Of a DNA stretch of 64,000 nucleotides, positions 50,806 through 60,404 are shown piece after piece (position 1 is the stretch's first letter; each line of letters begins with the position of its first letter). Below the pieces are notes generated by a model, which saw nothing but the letters and a program-made list of their open reading frames with translations, ran no database searches and was not told the DNA's origin. The position numbers and the translations under genes are program-made. The stretch is from Deferrisomatales bacterium (GTDB lineage: Bacteria > Desulfobacterota > Deferrisomatia > Deferrisomatales > JACRMM01), in NCBI GenBank assembly GCA_033551855.1, contig JAWSUI010000001.1:64001-128000 (forward strand), given 5' to 3'.

Positions 50806-53096
50806 CGCAAGACGTCCAGGGACCGCGGGTCGGAAGGATCGAAGGGAAGGCTCGACGGCGCGGCCTCCCCGCGGGGAGGCGGGGGAGGGACCGAGCCCCT
50901 GACGAAGGCGGCGGTGAAGCTCTTGGAGGTGGACGGGCCCGCGAGGAACCCGGTTTCTGCATCGACGCGGGCGAACTCCACCCCCTCCGGGACGCCGAAT
51001 TCAGCAGGGGCCCTTCCCGCGACGGCGGCCCGCATGAAGTCCAGCCAGATCGGGGCCGCAGCGCGCCCGCCCGTCTCTCCCCGCCCGAGGCTCCGGCTGT
51101 CGTCGTAGCCGATCCACACCGCCGTGACCAGGTCGGGGGTGTAACCGAGGAACCAGGCGTCCCGGTTGTCGTTGGTGGTCCCGGTCTTGCCCGCGGCCGG
51201 GCGCGGGAGCCCTCGGGCCTGGCGGCCCGTGCCCTCTTGGATGACGGCCTGCATCATGTGGGTGAGGACATAGGCGGTTTCCGGCCGCAGGGTCCGTTCC
51301 CCTTCGGGGGGGGAGAAGGACTCCAAGGGTGTCCCGTCGCGGTCCTCGACCCGAAGGAGGAAGGTCGGCTCCCGACGAATTCCCCCCGTGGCGAAGGCCC
51401 CGTACACCGAGGCGAGCTCCAAGGGGGTAACCGTCGATGCCCCCAGGGCCAGAGAGAGGTCGGGACTGATGGGGCTGCGGATGCCGAGGCGCTGGAGGAA
51501 GGAGACCGCGTAAGGGACCCCGATGTCCCGCAGCACCTTCACGGTCACCACGTTGCGCGAGTGCACCAGGGCCTCCCGCAGGGTGGTCGCCCCGTAGAAG
51601 GCCTCGGTGTAGTTGCGAGGCTTCCACTTGTCCTCGCGATCGGGAGAGTCGTAGACGACAGGAGCGTCGTAGACGAGGGTCGATGGGCCGAACCCCCTCT
51701 CCACCGCGGCGGCGTAGATGAGCGGCTTGATCGCGGAGCCGGCTTGGCGCTGGGCCTGGAGGGCACGGTTGAATTGGCTCTTGGAGAAATCGTATCCCCC
51801 GATGCAGGCCAGGACCTCTCCGGTGCGCGGGTCGAGGGCCACGAGCGCCCCGTCGACCTCCGGCTCCTGTGCCAGGCGAGCAGACAGGGCGCCGTGGGCC
51901 GATACCTCGAGGTCGCACAGGACGACGTCTCCGGGGCGGAGCACCTCCGGGGGGGTTCGGCCGCGGGGAAGGGCCCAGGACATGGCGTCGGCCGGGAGCG
52001 GAATCTCCTCCCCCCCGACCAGGACCGTTGCGCCGGAGGGGTTGACCCGGCGGACCAGAGCCAGGGTGCGGCCCGGGGCCGCCGGGGCGCCTCCTTCGGC
52101 GAAGGGTCCCTCGGCGGGGGGTTCCAGACGGTCGAAGGGGCCGCGATACCCCCGGGACCGGTCCAGGGCCTCGATCCCCTGACGCAGTGCGCGTTGGCCC
52201 GCCTCCTGAAGCCGTGCGTCCATGGAGGCGACCACCCGCAGCCCCTCGCGCTGCAGGGCCGCCGTCCCGTAGCGTGCTTCGAGCAAGCGGCGGACCTGCT
52301 CGGAGAAATGGGGGCTCCGGGTGGCGTAGGGGTTTCGGGCGCCGGAGAGCGCGAGGGGCTCGGCTGCGGCCGCCTCGGCCTCCTCGGGGGAAACCCAGCC
52401 CTCCTCCAACAGGCGGTTCAGGACGTACTGCCGGCGCTCCAGTGCCAGGTGGGGGCGCTGTTGGGGGTTGTAGCGGCTCGGCGCCTGGGGTAGTCCGGCG
52501 AGCAGAGCGGCCTGAGCCAGGTCCAGGTGCCGCGCCGACGTGCCGAAATACACCTCCGCCGCCGCCTCGACGCCGTAGGCGCCGTGGCCGAGAAAGATCT
52601 GATTGAGGTACAGCCGCAGGATCTCCGGCTTGGTGAGATTGCGCTCGATGCGGACAGCGAGGACGGCCTCGCGGATCTTGCGCCGGAAGCTTCGCTCCGG
52701 GGAAAGGAGCAGAGACTTGGCCACCTGCTGCGTGATCGTGCTGCCCCCCTGGACGATGCGCCCCTCGCGGACATTTGCCAGGGCGGCCCGGAGGATCCCA
52801 CGCCAGTCGAGGCCCTCGTGGCGGAAGAACTTGCTGTCCTCGGCGGCCAGGAAGGCGAGTACGACGTGGTCTGGCAGGTCGGCGACCTCCACCACCTTCC
52901 GGCGCTCTTCGGCGAACTCCGCCATGAGGACCCCGTCGCGGCTCCAGACGGTGGTCACCACCGGCGGGCGATAGTGGCGGAGGGAGGCGACCGGGGGCAG
53001 TCCGGAGAGCACCTGGTGGAGGGCCCAGACGCCAAGGCCTGCGGTCAGCGCTGCGACGACAGCCAGGCCCAATCCGACGCGGGCCGCGATGTGCAT
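50802..53096 (-). CDS. mrcA: Penicillin-binding protein 1A
   Basis: EDSKFFRHEG, GGSTITQQ, SAIK, SRN, KTG. Confidence 0.93.
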   Translation of the reverse strand: MHIAARVGLGLAVVAALTAGLGVWALHQVLSGLPPVASLRHYRPPVVTTVWSRDGVLMAEFAEERRKVVEVADLPDHVVLAFLAAEDSKFFRHEGLDWRGILRAALANVREGRIVQGGSTITQQVAKSLLLSPERSFRRKIREAVLAVRIERNLTKPEILRLYLNQIFLGHGAYGVEAAAEVYFGTSARHLDLAQAALLAGLPQAPSRYNPQQRPHLALERRQYVLNRLLEEGWVSPEEAEAAAAEPLALSGARNPYATRSPHFSEQVRRLLEARYGTAALQREGLRVVASMDARLQEAGQRALRQGIEALDRSRGYRGPFDRLEPPAEGPFAEGGAPAAPGRTLALVRRVNPSGATVLVGGEEIPLPADAMSWALPRGRTPPEVLRPGDVVLCDLEVSAHGALSARLAQEPEVDGALVALDPRTGEVLACIGGYDFSKSQFNRALQAQRQAGSAIKPLIYAAAVERGFGPSTLVYDAPVVYDSPDREDKWKPRNYTEAFYGATTLREALVHSRNVVTVKVLRDIGVPYAVSFLQRLGIRSPISPDLSLALGASTVTPLELASVYGAFATGGIRREPTFLLRVEDRDGTPLESFSPPEGERTLRPETAYVLTHMMQAVIQEGTGRQARGLPRPAAGKTGTTNDNRDAWFLGYTPDLVTAVWIGYDDSRSLGRGETGGRAAAPIWLDFMRAAVAGRAPAEFGVPEGVEFARVDAETGFLAGPSTSKSFTAAFVRGSVPPPPPRGEAAPSSLPFDPSDPRSLDVLR

Positions 53097-53264
53097 AGGG
53101 TTCCTATGGGGAGAGTGAGCACGGGAAGCGACGTCCGCCGGGATTCCGGCTCGTGCGTTCAGGCAAGGCAGGCTTCTGAGGGGCCAACTCTAGCACAGTA
53201 CAGCCTTCACGGACAACGGAGGGCTCCCCTCCTGGATTCACCGGCTGGTCAGCGAGCGGAGTCC

Positions 53265-53438
53265 GGGAGCCCCTGCGTTTCGCCCCGAAATCCGCGGTAA
53301 TTCGAAGAAGTGCCCCAGCAGTCCCCGGTGCGCCGGGCTTCACCCGGTTGCACCGGCCTCGTCGACTCGGTGGATGCGGTGCGGGGCTGCACTCCTGGGC
53401 TTCCGGATTCCGCCCCACCATGTGGTGGTGGATTCTGG
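53265..53438. repeat. Repeat family II, intact copy
   Basis: Gap-free alignment with 56502-56661 joined to 56879-56892. Confidence 0.8.
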
Positions 53439-53530
53439 CCCCTCCGGGGCACTCCCCTCCTGCGAGGACCGGGTCCGGACGCCCCAGCGCTCCTTGCCCG
53501 GCGCGGTTTCCAGCCCTCCCTTCTATCGGC

Positions 53531-54397
53531 TCACTCCCCCAGGAGCTCGAGCTTTCGACGGGCGATGGGGGCCTGCTCGGAGCTCGGGTGCTCCCGCAGG
53601 AGCTTGCGAAGCAGGATGCGGGCGTCCACCGCGTCGCCGATCGCATCGAAGGCGAAGGCCTGTTTCAGCAGCGCGCTTGCCACCTTGTCCCCCCGGGGGA
53701 ATTTCTGCACCACCTTGTCGTATTCCAGGATGGCCTGCTCGTACTGCCCCTGATCGTAGTGTGTCTCGCCAATCCAGAACTGGGCGTTGTCGGTGAGGTT
53801 GGTGTCGGGGTGGAGGCGGATGTACTCCCGAAACCCCTCTCGGGCCTCTTCGTAGCGCCCCTCTTTGTAAGTGGTGTAAGCCCTGTCGTAAAGTGCCTGC
53901 CCCGTTGCGGCCGGGGCAGAGGGTGCGAGAGCGACGGCCGGCGGTGCGGGTGTCGCGGGGCCCGGCGTGGAGGGCACTGTGGCAGCCGGGGCCGGCCCTC
54001 GTTGCTCGAGAGCCTCGAGGCGGAGGGCGAGGTCGGCGAGTCGGGACTCGAGCACCGGGACAGGGGCAGTTGTTCCGGCAACCGGCGGGGACCGTTCGGA
54101 GGCGTCGACCCGCCCCGCCAGGGTCCGTACCTGCGCGCCGAGCTCTTCCAGCCGCTGCCCGAGATCGGCAACCCGCCGGTTGAGCTCCGGGTCGGCCCCG
54201 CCGCCGGCCTGGGGGGCCCGTGCTTCTGCGACTGCCCTCTCCAGTCGGAGAACGCGCAACTGCAGTTCTTCGATCTGGCCGCCTTGCTGGGCTACCTGTC
54301 GTTCCGCGACGGTGCAGGAGGCGAGGAGCAGGAAGGCGGGCAGGGCGGCAAGAAGTGCCGCTCTGCCCGCCACCCGGCGGCGGGGAAGAGTCGGCAT
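53531..54397 (-). CDS. cpoB: Tol-Pal protein CpoB/YbgF (lipoprotein-type signal)
   Basis: Coiled coil + TPR (DNAQFWIGE, ALLKQ); follows pal. Confidence 0.9.
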   Translation of the reverse strand: MPTLPRRRVAGRAALLAALPAFLLLASCTVAERQVAQQGGQIEELQLRVLRLERAVAEARAPQAGGGADPELNRRVADLGQRLEELGAQVRTLAGRVDASERSPPVAGTTAPVPVLESRLADLALRLEALEQRGPAPAATVPSTPGPATPAPPAVALAPSAPAATGQALYDRAYTTYKEGRYEEAREGFREYIRLHPDTNLTDNAQFWIGETHYDQGQYEQAILEYDKVVQKFPRGDKVASALLKQAFAFDAIGDAVDARILLRKLLREHPSSEQAPIARRKLELLGE

Positions 54398-54975
54398 CAG
54401 CGCTGGGTCTCCACGAACTCGGCGCGGCGGTTCAGGGCCCAGGACTCCTCATTCTGCCGAGGATCGAGGGGGACCTCCTCTCCGTAGCTCACGACATGCA
54501 TCCGGTTCGGGTCGACGCCGAGGTCCATCAGGTACTGAAAGGCGCTCTTGGCGCGGCGCTCGCCGAGCCCCAGGTTGTACTCGGTGGTGCCTCGCTCGTC
54601 GCAGTGGCCTTCGACCCGGATCTGCACGCCGGGGTTCGCCGCGAGGTAGGCGGCGTTGTGACCCAGGATCTCGCGGGCATCCGCGCGAATGACCGACTGG
54701 TCGAAGTCGAAGTGAATGCGCTGCAGGCCGGGTGAGGTCTGCTGGGCCAGGCCGCTGCCTGGTCCGGGGACCGGCGCGGGGGCGATGGCGGCGGTTTCCG
54801 GGGGAGGGGGCTCGAGGGGAGTCGCGCGGAGGGGGGCCTCCCGCACGGGCGCAGCCTCGGCGGCGGGGACGATCTCTCCCTCCTGGCGGACCTGCTTCTT
54901 GGCGCATCCCCCGAGGGTCAGGGTCACCAGAAGGGCGAGGGCAAGGGTGGCGGCGGTCAGCGACTTTCTTCTCAT
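54397..54975 (-). CDS. pal: Peptidoglycan-associated lipoprotein
   Basis: Lipobox LGG-C, FDFD, EGHCDERGT.EYN, NRRAEF. Confidence 0.96.
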   Translation of the reverse strand: MRRKSLTAATLALALLVTLTLGGCAKKQVRQEGEIVPAAEAAPVREAPLRATPLEPPPPETAAIAPAPVPGPGSGLAQQTSPGLQRIHFDFDQSVIRADAREILGHNAAYLAANPGVQIRVEGHCDERGTTEYNLGLGERRAKSAFQYLMDLGVDPNRMHVVSYGEEVPLDPRQNEESWALNRRAEFVETQR

Positions 54976-55020
54976 GGCACGGAACCTCCTGTGCGCGGCA
55001 CGTGTCCAGTGGGCATCGGG

Positions 55021-56376
55021 TCAGCCCCCTCCGGGGCGGAAGAATACAGGGGACCAGGCAGGCTGCGACGCTTTCTCCCCCCTGGGGCTCACACGGCGGA
55101 ACTCCTGGCCCCCGACCCGGAAAACGTACACCGCGCTGTCGCCCTCCCTCGCCGAGGTGACCGCGAGAAAGCGGCCGTCCGGGGACCAGGTGGGATCGAG
55201 GGTGTCGTAGGGTCCGAAGGTGAGCTGGCGCACCTGGCGGCCCTGGGGGTCCACCATGTACACCTGGAAAGCCCCCCGCTCGTCTTTGCCGGTGAAGGCG
55301 ATCCAATCTCCCCGGGGGGACCAGTCCGGGTCTCCGTTGTGGGTCCCCGCGACCGTGAGCCGGCGCACGTCGCGCCCATCACGGTCCATGGTGAAGATGT
55401 GGGGGTTGCCGAGTCGGTCCGAGACGAAGGCGATGCGCTTTCCGTCCGGAGACCAGGTGGGTGCGACGTCGATGGCGCGGTCCCGGGTGAGTCGGACCAC
55501 CTCCCGCGTCGCCTTGTTCATCCGGTAGATCTCGGGGTTTCCCTCTTCCGAGAGGACGAGCAGCAGTTCCTTGCCGTCCGGAGAGTCGCGTCCCCCCAAG
55601 TCGAGACCCCTGCGCTGGGAGACGGCCCAGTGTCTCGAAGTGGTCAGGTCCAGGAGGTAGAGGTCGGGATCGCCCTGCTGGTATCCGGTGTAGTACAGAT
55701 ACCTCCCGTCGCGCGACCACGCGGGGTTGAGGGTGAGCGAGCCCATGTTGGTGAGCCGGCGCGCGGCGGCTCCGTCCATGTCCGCGACGGCGAGCTCCTT
55801 GCCCTGCCCCTGTTGGACCACGTACGCGATCTGGGTCCCGAAGGGGCCCGGGGAGCCCGTGAACTCCTCCAAGACCGTATTGGCGAACATGTGGGCCACG
55901 GTGCGGGCGGCTCCCAACGGGGCCGAGTACTGTCGGCCAAACAGGGTCTGGCGACGCAGCACGTCATGGGCCCACAGCTCCACCGAAAGGGCCTCGCCGC
56001 TCCGGAAGATCCTGCCCTTGACGAGAACCTCCGCGCCGATGGCGAACCAGTCGGCATAGGCTGCGGGGGTGGGCTGCAGCGGGGCCTGGGGATCCTCGAG
56101 GTAGCCCCGGGGGTCGAGAACCTCGAAGAGCTCGGTGCTCGTCAGATTGGCCCGCAGCACCCGGGCGATCTCCGTGAGGGCTTCCCCCACGTCCCCCCCT
56201 TCGTGTCGCAGGGTCGGTGCCGCCAGGGGGATCCGCCGCAGGGTCGGGGCGTTGATGTCGATGTAGACCTTGGCCTGGGCGGGAAGCGCGCAGGCCACTG
56301 CCACGAGCGCTGCCGCCCACGACTTGGGACTCCACCAACGAGCAAGGTGAGGGGCGAACCATTGGGTGCGGGTCAA
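55021..56376 (-). CDS. tolB: TolB
   Basis: PD40 repeats (P.WSPDG); upstream of pal. Start approximate. Confidence 0.92.
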   Translation of the reverse strand: MTRTQWFAPHLARWWSPKSWAAALVAVACALPAQAKVYIDINAPTLRRIPLAAPTLRHEGGDVGEALTEIARVLRANLTSTELFEVLDPRGYLEDPQAPLQPTPAAYADWFAIGAEVLVKGRIFRSGEALSVELWAHDVLRRQTLFGRQYSAPLGAARTVAHMFANTVLEEFTGSPGPFGTQIAYVVQQGQGKELAVADMDGAAARRLTNMGSLTLNPAWSRDGRYLYYTGYQQGDPDLYLLDLTTSRHWAVSQRRGLDLGGRDSPDGKELLLVLSEEGNPEIYRMNKATREVVRLTRDRAIDVAPTWSPDGKRIAFVSDRLGNPHIFTMDRDGRDVRRLTVAGTHNGDPDWSPRGDWIAFTGKDERGAFQVYMVDPQGRQVRQLTFGPYDTLDPTWSPDGRFLAVTSAREGDSAVYVFRVGGQEFRRVSPRGEKASQPAWSPVFFRPGGG

Positions 56377-56430
56377 AGCGGAGCCGATCCCTTAACACCG
56401 CGAAACGCGGAGGTTTATCGCGAAGGCTTC

Positions 56431-56459
56431 ACGATAGTATAGGGGGGTGCCCAAGTCAA
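56431..56459 (-). promoter_or_regulatory. Putative sigma70 promoter of tolB-pal-cpoB
   Basis: TTGACT-N17-TATCGT. Confidence 0.55.
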
Positions 56460-56501
56460 GGACGACCGGATGTCCGTGATGCACCGCCTGGCACGTGCCC
56501 G

Positions 56502-56892
56502 GGGAGCCCCTCCGCTCCGCCCTGCACTCCGCGGCCATGCGAAGGGCTGTTCCCGCAGGCCCCGGTGGGCCGGGCTTCCCTCGTGTGCGCCGGACCGGGC
56601 GGGTCGGCAGGGGCGGTGCGGGGCTGCGCTCCAACGCTCCCCGGCCCAGCCGGAGGATTTGGGTTCTTCCGGTAAACGACCGGGTGGGCCCGCCCACTCC
56701 GGCAGACGAGGCCGGGCCGCACGGTAGGTGTTCTCCCCCGGCGCATCCGGAATCCTGGCGGAATCGCGACTCCCGAAGGGGCTGCTCACGTCGAGCGGCC
56801 GTCCGCCCACGTGGTCGGGCCCACCCGATCGTCCCTGGACACGAGCACCGGGTCGTTCCCCGGATGATCCAGAATTTGATGGCGGATTCCGG
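56502..56892. repeat. Repeat family II copy interrupted by family I copy B
   Basis: Colinear with the 53265 copy once 56662-56878 is removed. Confidence 0.75.
56662..56870 (+). mobile_element. MITE-like repeat family I, copy B
   Basis: GGTTCTTCCGGTAAACGACCGGGTG...CACCGGGTCGTTCCCCGGATGATCC; flanks AGGATTTG/AGAATTTG. Confidence 0.88.
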
Positions 56893-56982
56893 GATGCCCA
56901 GGTTCCCGCGTCTCGGAGAAGAACGGGATCGGGGAGCCCTTGGGTTTCGCCGCGCCATCCGAGTCGGCACTGTGCCCGCCCC

Positions 56983-58194
56983 TCAGCCCGCCTCCTCGGC
57001 GACGGCCCGGCCGAAGGCGGACGTGGTCAGGACCCGGACCCCTTCGGAGCCGGATGCCAGGTCGGGGGTGACGCGCCCGGAGGCGAGGACGCGAGCCACG
57101 GCCTGCTCCAGGCGGGCGGCCGCCTCCGCGAGGCCGACGTGGCGGAGCAGCATCGCGCCGGAGAGGATGAGGCTACCGGGGTTGGCCATCTCCTGGCCGG
57201 CGATGTCGGGCGCAGTACCATGGGTGGCCTCGAAGACCGCGTACTCGTCGCCGATGTTGGCCCCGGGCGCCAGGCCGAGGCCCCCGACCTGGGCTGCTGC
57301 GGCGTCGGAGATGTAATCGCCGTTGAGGTTCGAAAGGGCGAGGACGTCATAGCGCTCGGGCCGGAGGAGCAGCTCCTGGAACATGGCGTCCGCAATCCGG
57401 TCGTTGACGAGGATCGTCCTCGGGGGGAGGACGCCGGCGAGCCGGTCGTCACGCGGGCCCGAGCGGAGCTCGGCCTCGGTCACGGTCTGCTCGGCGAACT
57501 CGTGGGCGGCGACCTCGTACCCCCACTCCCGGAACGCCCCCTCCGTGTACTTCATGATGTTGCCCTTGTGCACGAGGGTGACCGACCGGCGACCGTTTTC
57601 GAGGGCGTAGCGCAGGGCTCGGCGGACGAGCCGCTTGGACCCGCGCACGCTCATGGGCTTGATCCCGATCCCCGAGTCCTCGGGGATCGGGGCCCCCATC
57701 TCCTCTGCCAGGAAGCGGATCACCTTGAGGGCCTCTGGGGTGCCTTCCCGCCACTCGATGCCCGAGTACACGTCCTCGGTGTTTTCCCGGAAGATGATCA
57801 CGTCGAGGCGCTCCGGGTGGGTCACCGGCGACGGCACCCCTGCGAAGGAGCGCACCGGGCGGACGCACGCATACAGGTCCAGGGTCTGGCGCAGGGCCAC
57901 GTTCAGGCTCCGGATGCCTCCACCGACGGGGGTTTCCAGGGGGCCCTTGAGGGCCACCCGGACGGACCGGATCGCTTCCAGGGTCTCGGGGGGCAGGGGG
58001 GAGCCGGTGCGCGCGTAGGCCGCTTTCCCGGCGAGAGCCTCCCGCCAGGAGAGGGTCGTGGAGCCCCGGTAGGCGCCCTTCACCGCCGCATCGACGGCTT
58101 CCACGGCGGCCGGAGCGACCTCGGGGCCGATACCGTCGCCCTGGATGAGGATCACGGGAACGGTGACGGGCGCGGTGGGCGAGGGTTCTGTCAT
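56983..58194 (-). CDS. icd: NADP-dependent isocitrate dehydrogenase
   Basis: GDGIG, KGPL.TPVGGGIRSLNV, VHKGNIMKYTEGAF, NLNGDYISD, FEATHGTAP. Confidence 0.95.
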   Translation of the reverse strand: MTEPSPTAPVTVPVILIQGDGIGPEVAPAAVEAVDAAVKGAYRGSTTLSWREALAGKAAYARTGSPLPPETLEAIRSVRVALKGPLETPVGGGIRSLNVALRQTLDLYACVRPVRSFAGVPSPVTHPERLDVIIFRENTEDVYSGIEWREGTPEALKVIRFLAEEMGAPIPEDSGIGIKPMSVRGSKRLVRRALRYALENGRRSVTLVHKGNIMKYTEGAFREWGYEVAAHEFAEQTVTEAELRSGPRDDRLAGVLPPRTILVNDRIADAMFQELLLRPERYDVLALSNLNGDYISDAAAAQVGGLGLAPGANIGDEYAVFEATHGTAPDIAGQEMANPGSLILSGAMLLRHVGLAEAAARLEQAVARVLASGRVTPDLASGSEGVRVLTTSAFGRAVAEEAG

Positions 58195-58209
58195 GGGGGG
58201 ATCCTCCCT

Positions 58210-59406
58210 TCAGGGGGTGTTGCGCTCCCCCAATGGCACCCATGCGCACCCCTGGGGTCCGCAGTAGTCGCCCACGTACACGGCCTCGGGCCGGTACAGC
58301 TCGGGCTTCTCCTGGGCCTCGGCGAATTTCTCCTCGATCACGTGGGCGCACCAGCCGGCGACGCGCCCCAGGGCGAAAACGGGGGTGAAGAGGTCGGTGT
58401 CGATGCCGAGCTGGAAGTAGGTGGCCGCCGAGTAGAAGTCGACGTTGGGGTAGATCTCCAGGCCCTTGCGGGCGCGGAACTCCTGTTGGGTCGCCTCGCG
58501 CACCGCCTCGGCGATGTCGATCCAGAAGCTCTGGCCGGTCTGTTTCCCGAGCTCCAGGGCGAGCTCCATCAGGATGGGGGCCCGGGGGTCCAGGGTCTTG
58601 TACACGGCGTGCCCCATGCCCATGACCTTCTTGCCGGCGTCGAGCTTCGCCCGCACGTAGGCCGCCGCCTTGTCCGGGGTGCCGATCTCCTGGAGCATCC
58701 GCATGACCTGCTCGTTGGCCCCCCCGTGGAGCTCCCCCGAGAGGGCCCCCACTGCCGCCGCCACCGAGGCGTACAGGTGTGCGTGGGTGCTCGCCACCTC
58801 CCGAGCCGCGAAGGTCGAGGCGTTGAAGGTGTGGTCGGCGTGCAAGGTGAGGCACACGTCCACGATGTGGGACTCCTGCTTCAGGGGTTCATCTCCCTTG
58901 AGGAGGTACAGGAAGTGGGCGGCGTGGGAGAGATCCTGCCGGGGCTCCAAGGGCGCCTTGCCCTCCCGGAGGCGCTTCCAGGCTGCGACCACGGCCGGAA
59001 GGCGTGCCGTCAAGCGCTCGGCCTGGCGCTTCACCGCGTCCTTGGACGTGTCCTTGAGCTCCGGATCGTGGTCGGCGAGGAACGTCACCGCGCCTTGGAG
59101 GACGTCCATCGGAACCGCGGTCTTGGGCCGAAGGGCCATCGCCTCGGCGACCGCGGCCGGCAGGGCGCGGCTCGCCCGGAGGCGGGCGTCGAAGGCCGCG
59201 AGCTCCTCCCGGGTCGGGAGGGCTCCGTGGATCAGGAGGTGGGCGACCTCTTCGTAGGTGGAATACCGGGCCAGATCCTGGATGAGGAAACCCCGATACT
59301 GGAGCTCGCCCTTGACGCCGTCGATGTAGCTGACCTTCGTGTCGGCCACGGGGATGCCCCGCAGGCCGGTGTTCTTCACCCGGGGAAAGCACACCTGTTC
59401 GTCCAT
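58210..59406 (-). CDS. gltA: Citrate (Si)-synthase family
   Basis: HADH.FNAST, LHGGAN, GMGHAVYK..DPR, YPNVDFYS. Confidence 0.9.
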   Translation of the reverse strand: MDEQVCFPRVKNTGLRGIPVADTKVSYIDGVKGELQYRGFLIQDLARYSTYEEVAHLLIHGALPTREELAAFDARLRASRALPAAVAEAMALRPKTAVPMDVLQGAVTFLADHDPELKDTSKDAVKRQAERLTARLPAVVAAWKRLREGKAPLEPRQDLSHAAHFLYLLKGDEPLKQESHIVDVCLTLHADHTFNASTFAAREVASTHAHLYASVAAAVGALSGELHGGANEQVMRMLQEIGTPDKAAAYVRAKLDAGKKVMGMGHAVYKTLDPRAPILMELALELGKQTGQSFWIDIAEAVREATQQEFRARKGLEIYPNVDFYSAATYFQLGIDTDLFTPVFALGRVAGWCAHVIEEKFAEAQEKPELYRPEAVYVGDYCGPQGCAWVPLGERNTP

Positions 59407-59689
59407 CTCGGCCTCTCCTCTTGCGGTGGTGCCGGGTCTCGGCGGCTGGATGGGAGCCGGCCCTCGTCCCCGTGCTGGCACCGTTGCGGGTACGGGGTGG
59501 ATGCCCGTGTCCCGCCTCTCTCTTTGCCGCTACTGGGTCCGTCCACCCCCTGCCCCCGCCGCACGGTGTTGTTCGGCGGTCGCCTCTGCTCCGGTCTCGC
59601 CCTGCCCTCGCCTTGGGTGACGGTTGCAAGGCGGCATCGGCATGGCAGCGAATCCCTGGCGCAAAACAGTAGCGGAGGCCCCGCCGCTG

Positions 59690-60319
59690 TCAAACCCCCG
59701 TGCTCGCCGCTCTTCGTTTGCGACGCCGGTGCCGCGCCACGTAGAAGGCGAGGAGGGCGGCGCAGAAGACCAGCAGGGCCAGGGTGGCCTCGCGAGAGTA
59801 GGCTCGGATGAGCTCCTCGTTGCCGGCGGCCACGTACCCGACGGCGGCGAGGATCGCTACCCAGATTCCGGCACCCAGGCCCGTGTAAAAGAGGAACCGC
59901 CCGAGGGGCATCCGCGCCAGGCCGGCGGGAAAGGAGATGTACTGTCGGACGACGGTGATCAGTCGACCGATGAAGGTGCTGATCTCCCCGTGGTCGCGAA
60001 AGAATGCCTCCACCCTGTGGAGCTTCTCCAGGGGAAGGAAGAGGAAGCGGCCGTAACGCTCCAGGAAGGGCCGCCCCAGCCACACCGCGAGGCCGTAGTT
60101 CACCAGGGCCCCGGCCATGGAGCCGGCGGTGCCGGCGGCGACGGCGGCCCAGAGGTTCATCTCCCCGCGGTGGGCAAGGTACCCGGCGGGGATCATGACG
60201 ACCTCGCTGGGGAAGGGAAAGAACGAGCTCTCGAGGGCCATGAGCAGGAACACCCCGGGGTACCCGAGGTGTCCCACGGTCTCGATGATCCATGTGATCA
60301 GTTCCCCGAGCAGGTGCAT
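59690..60319 (-). CDS. DedA-family membrane protein
   Basis: ESSFFPFPSE, GRLITVVRQYISFPAG. Confidence 0.92.
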   Translation of the reverse strand: MHLLGELITWIIETVGHLGYPGVFLLMALESSFFPFPSEVVMIPAGYLAHRGEMNLWAAVAAGTAGSMAGALVNYGLAVWLGRPFLERYGRFLFLPLEKLHRVEAFFRDHGEISTFIGRLITVVRQYISFPAGLARMPLGRFLFYTGLGAGIWVAILAAVGYVAAGNEELIRAYSREATLALLVFCAALLAFYVARHRRRKRRAASTGV

Positions 60320-60404
60320 CGGCAGCCTGGGAAGGAGAGGCGGGACAGGGGGAGGATACCCGAAGGTGCGGCTCGGGCGCGAGCCCGAGCCGCACGCGCG
60401 GAGA

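Noticed and set aside
56728..59811. 1027-aa plus-strand ORF and many other long ORFs (e.g. 13192-15669, 19892-21736, 32662-34518)
   Set aside because: They are antisense or alternate-frame shadows of well-supported genes. Stop codons are rare in high-GC DNA and these ORFs show no recognisable motifs.
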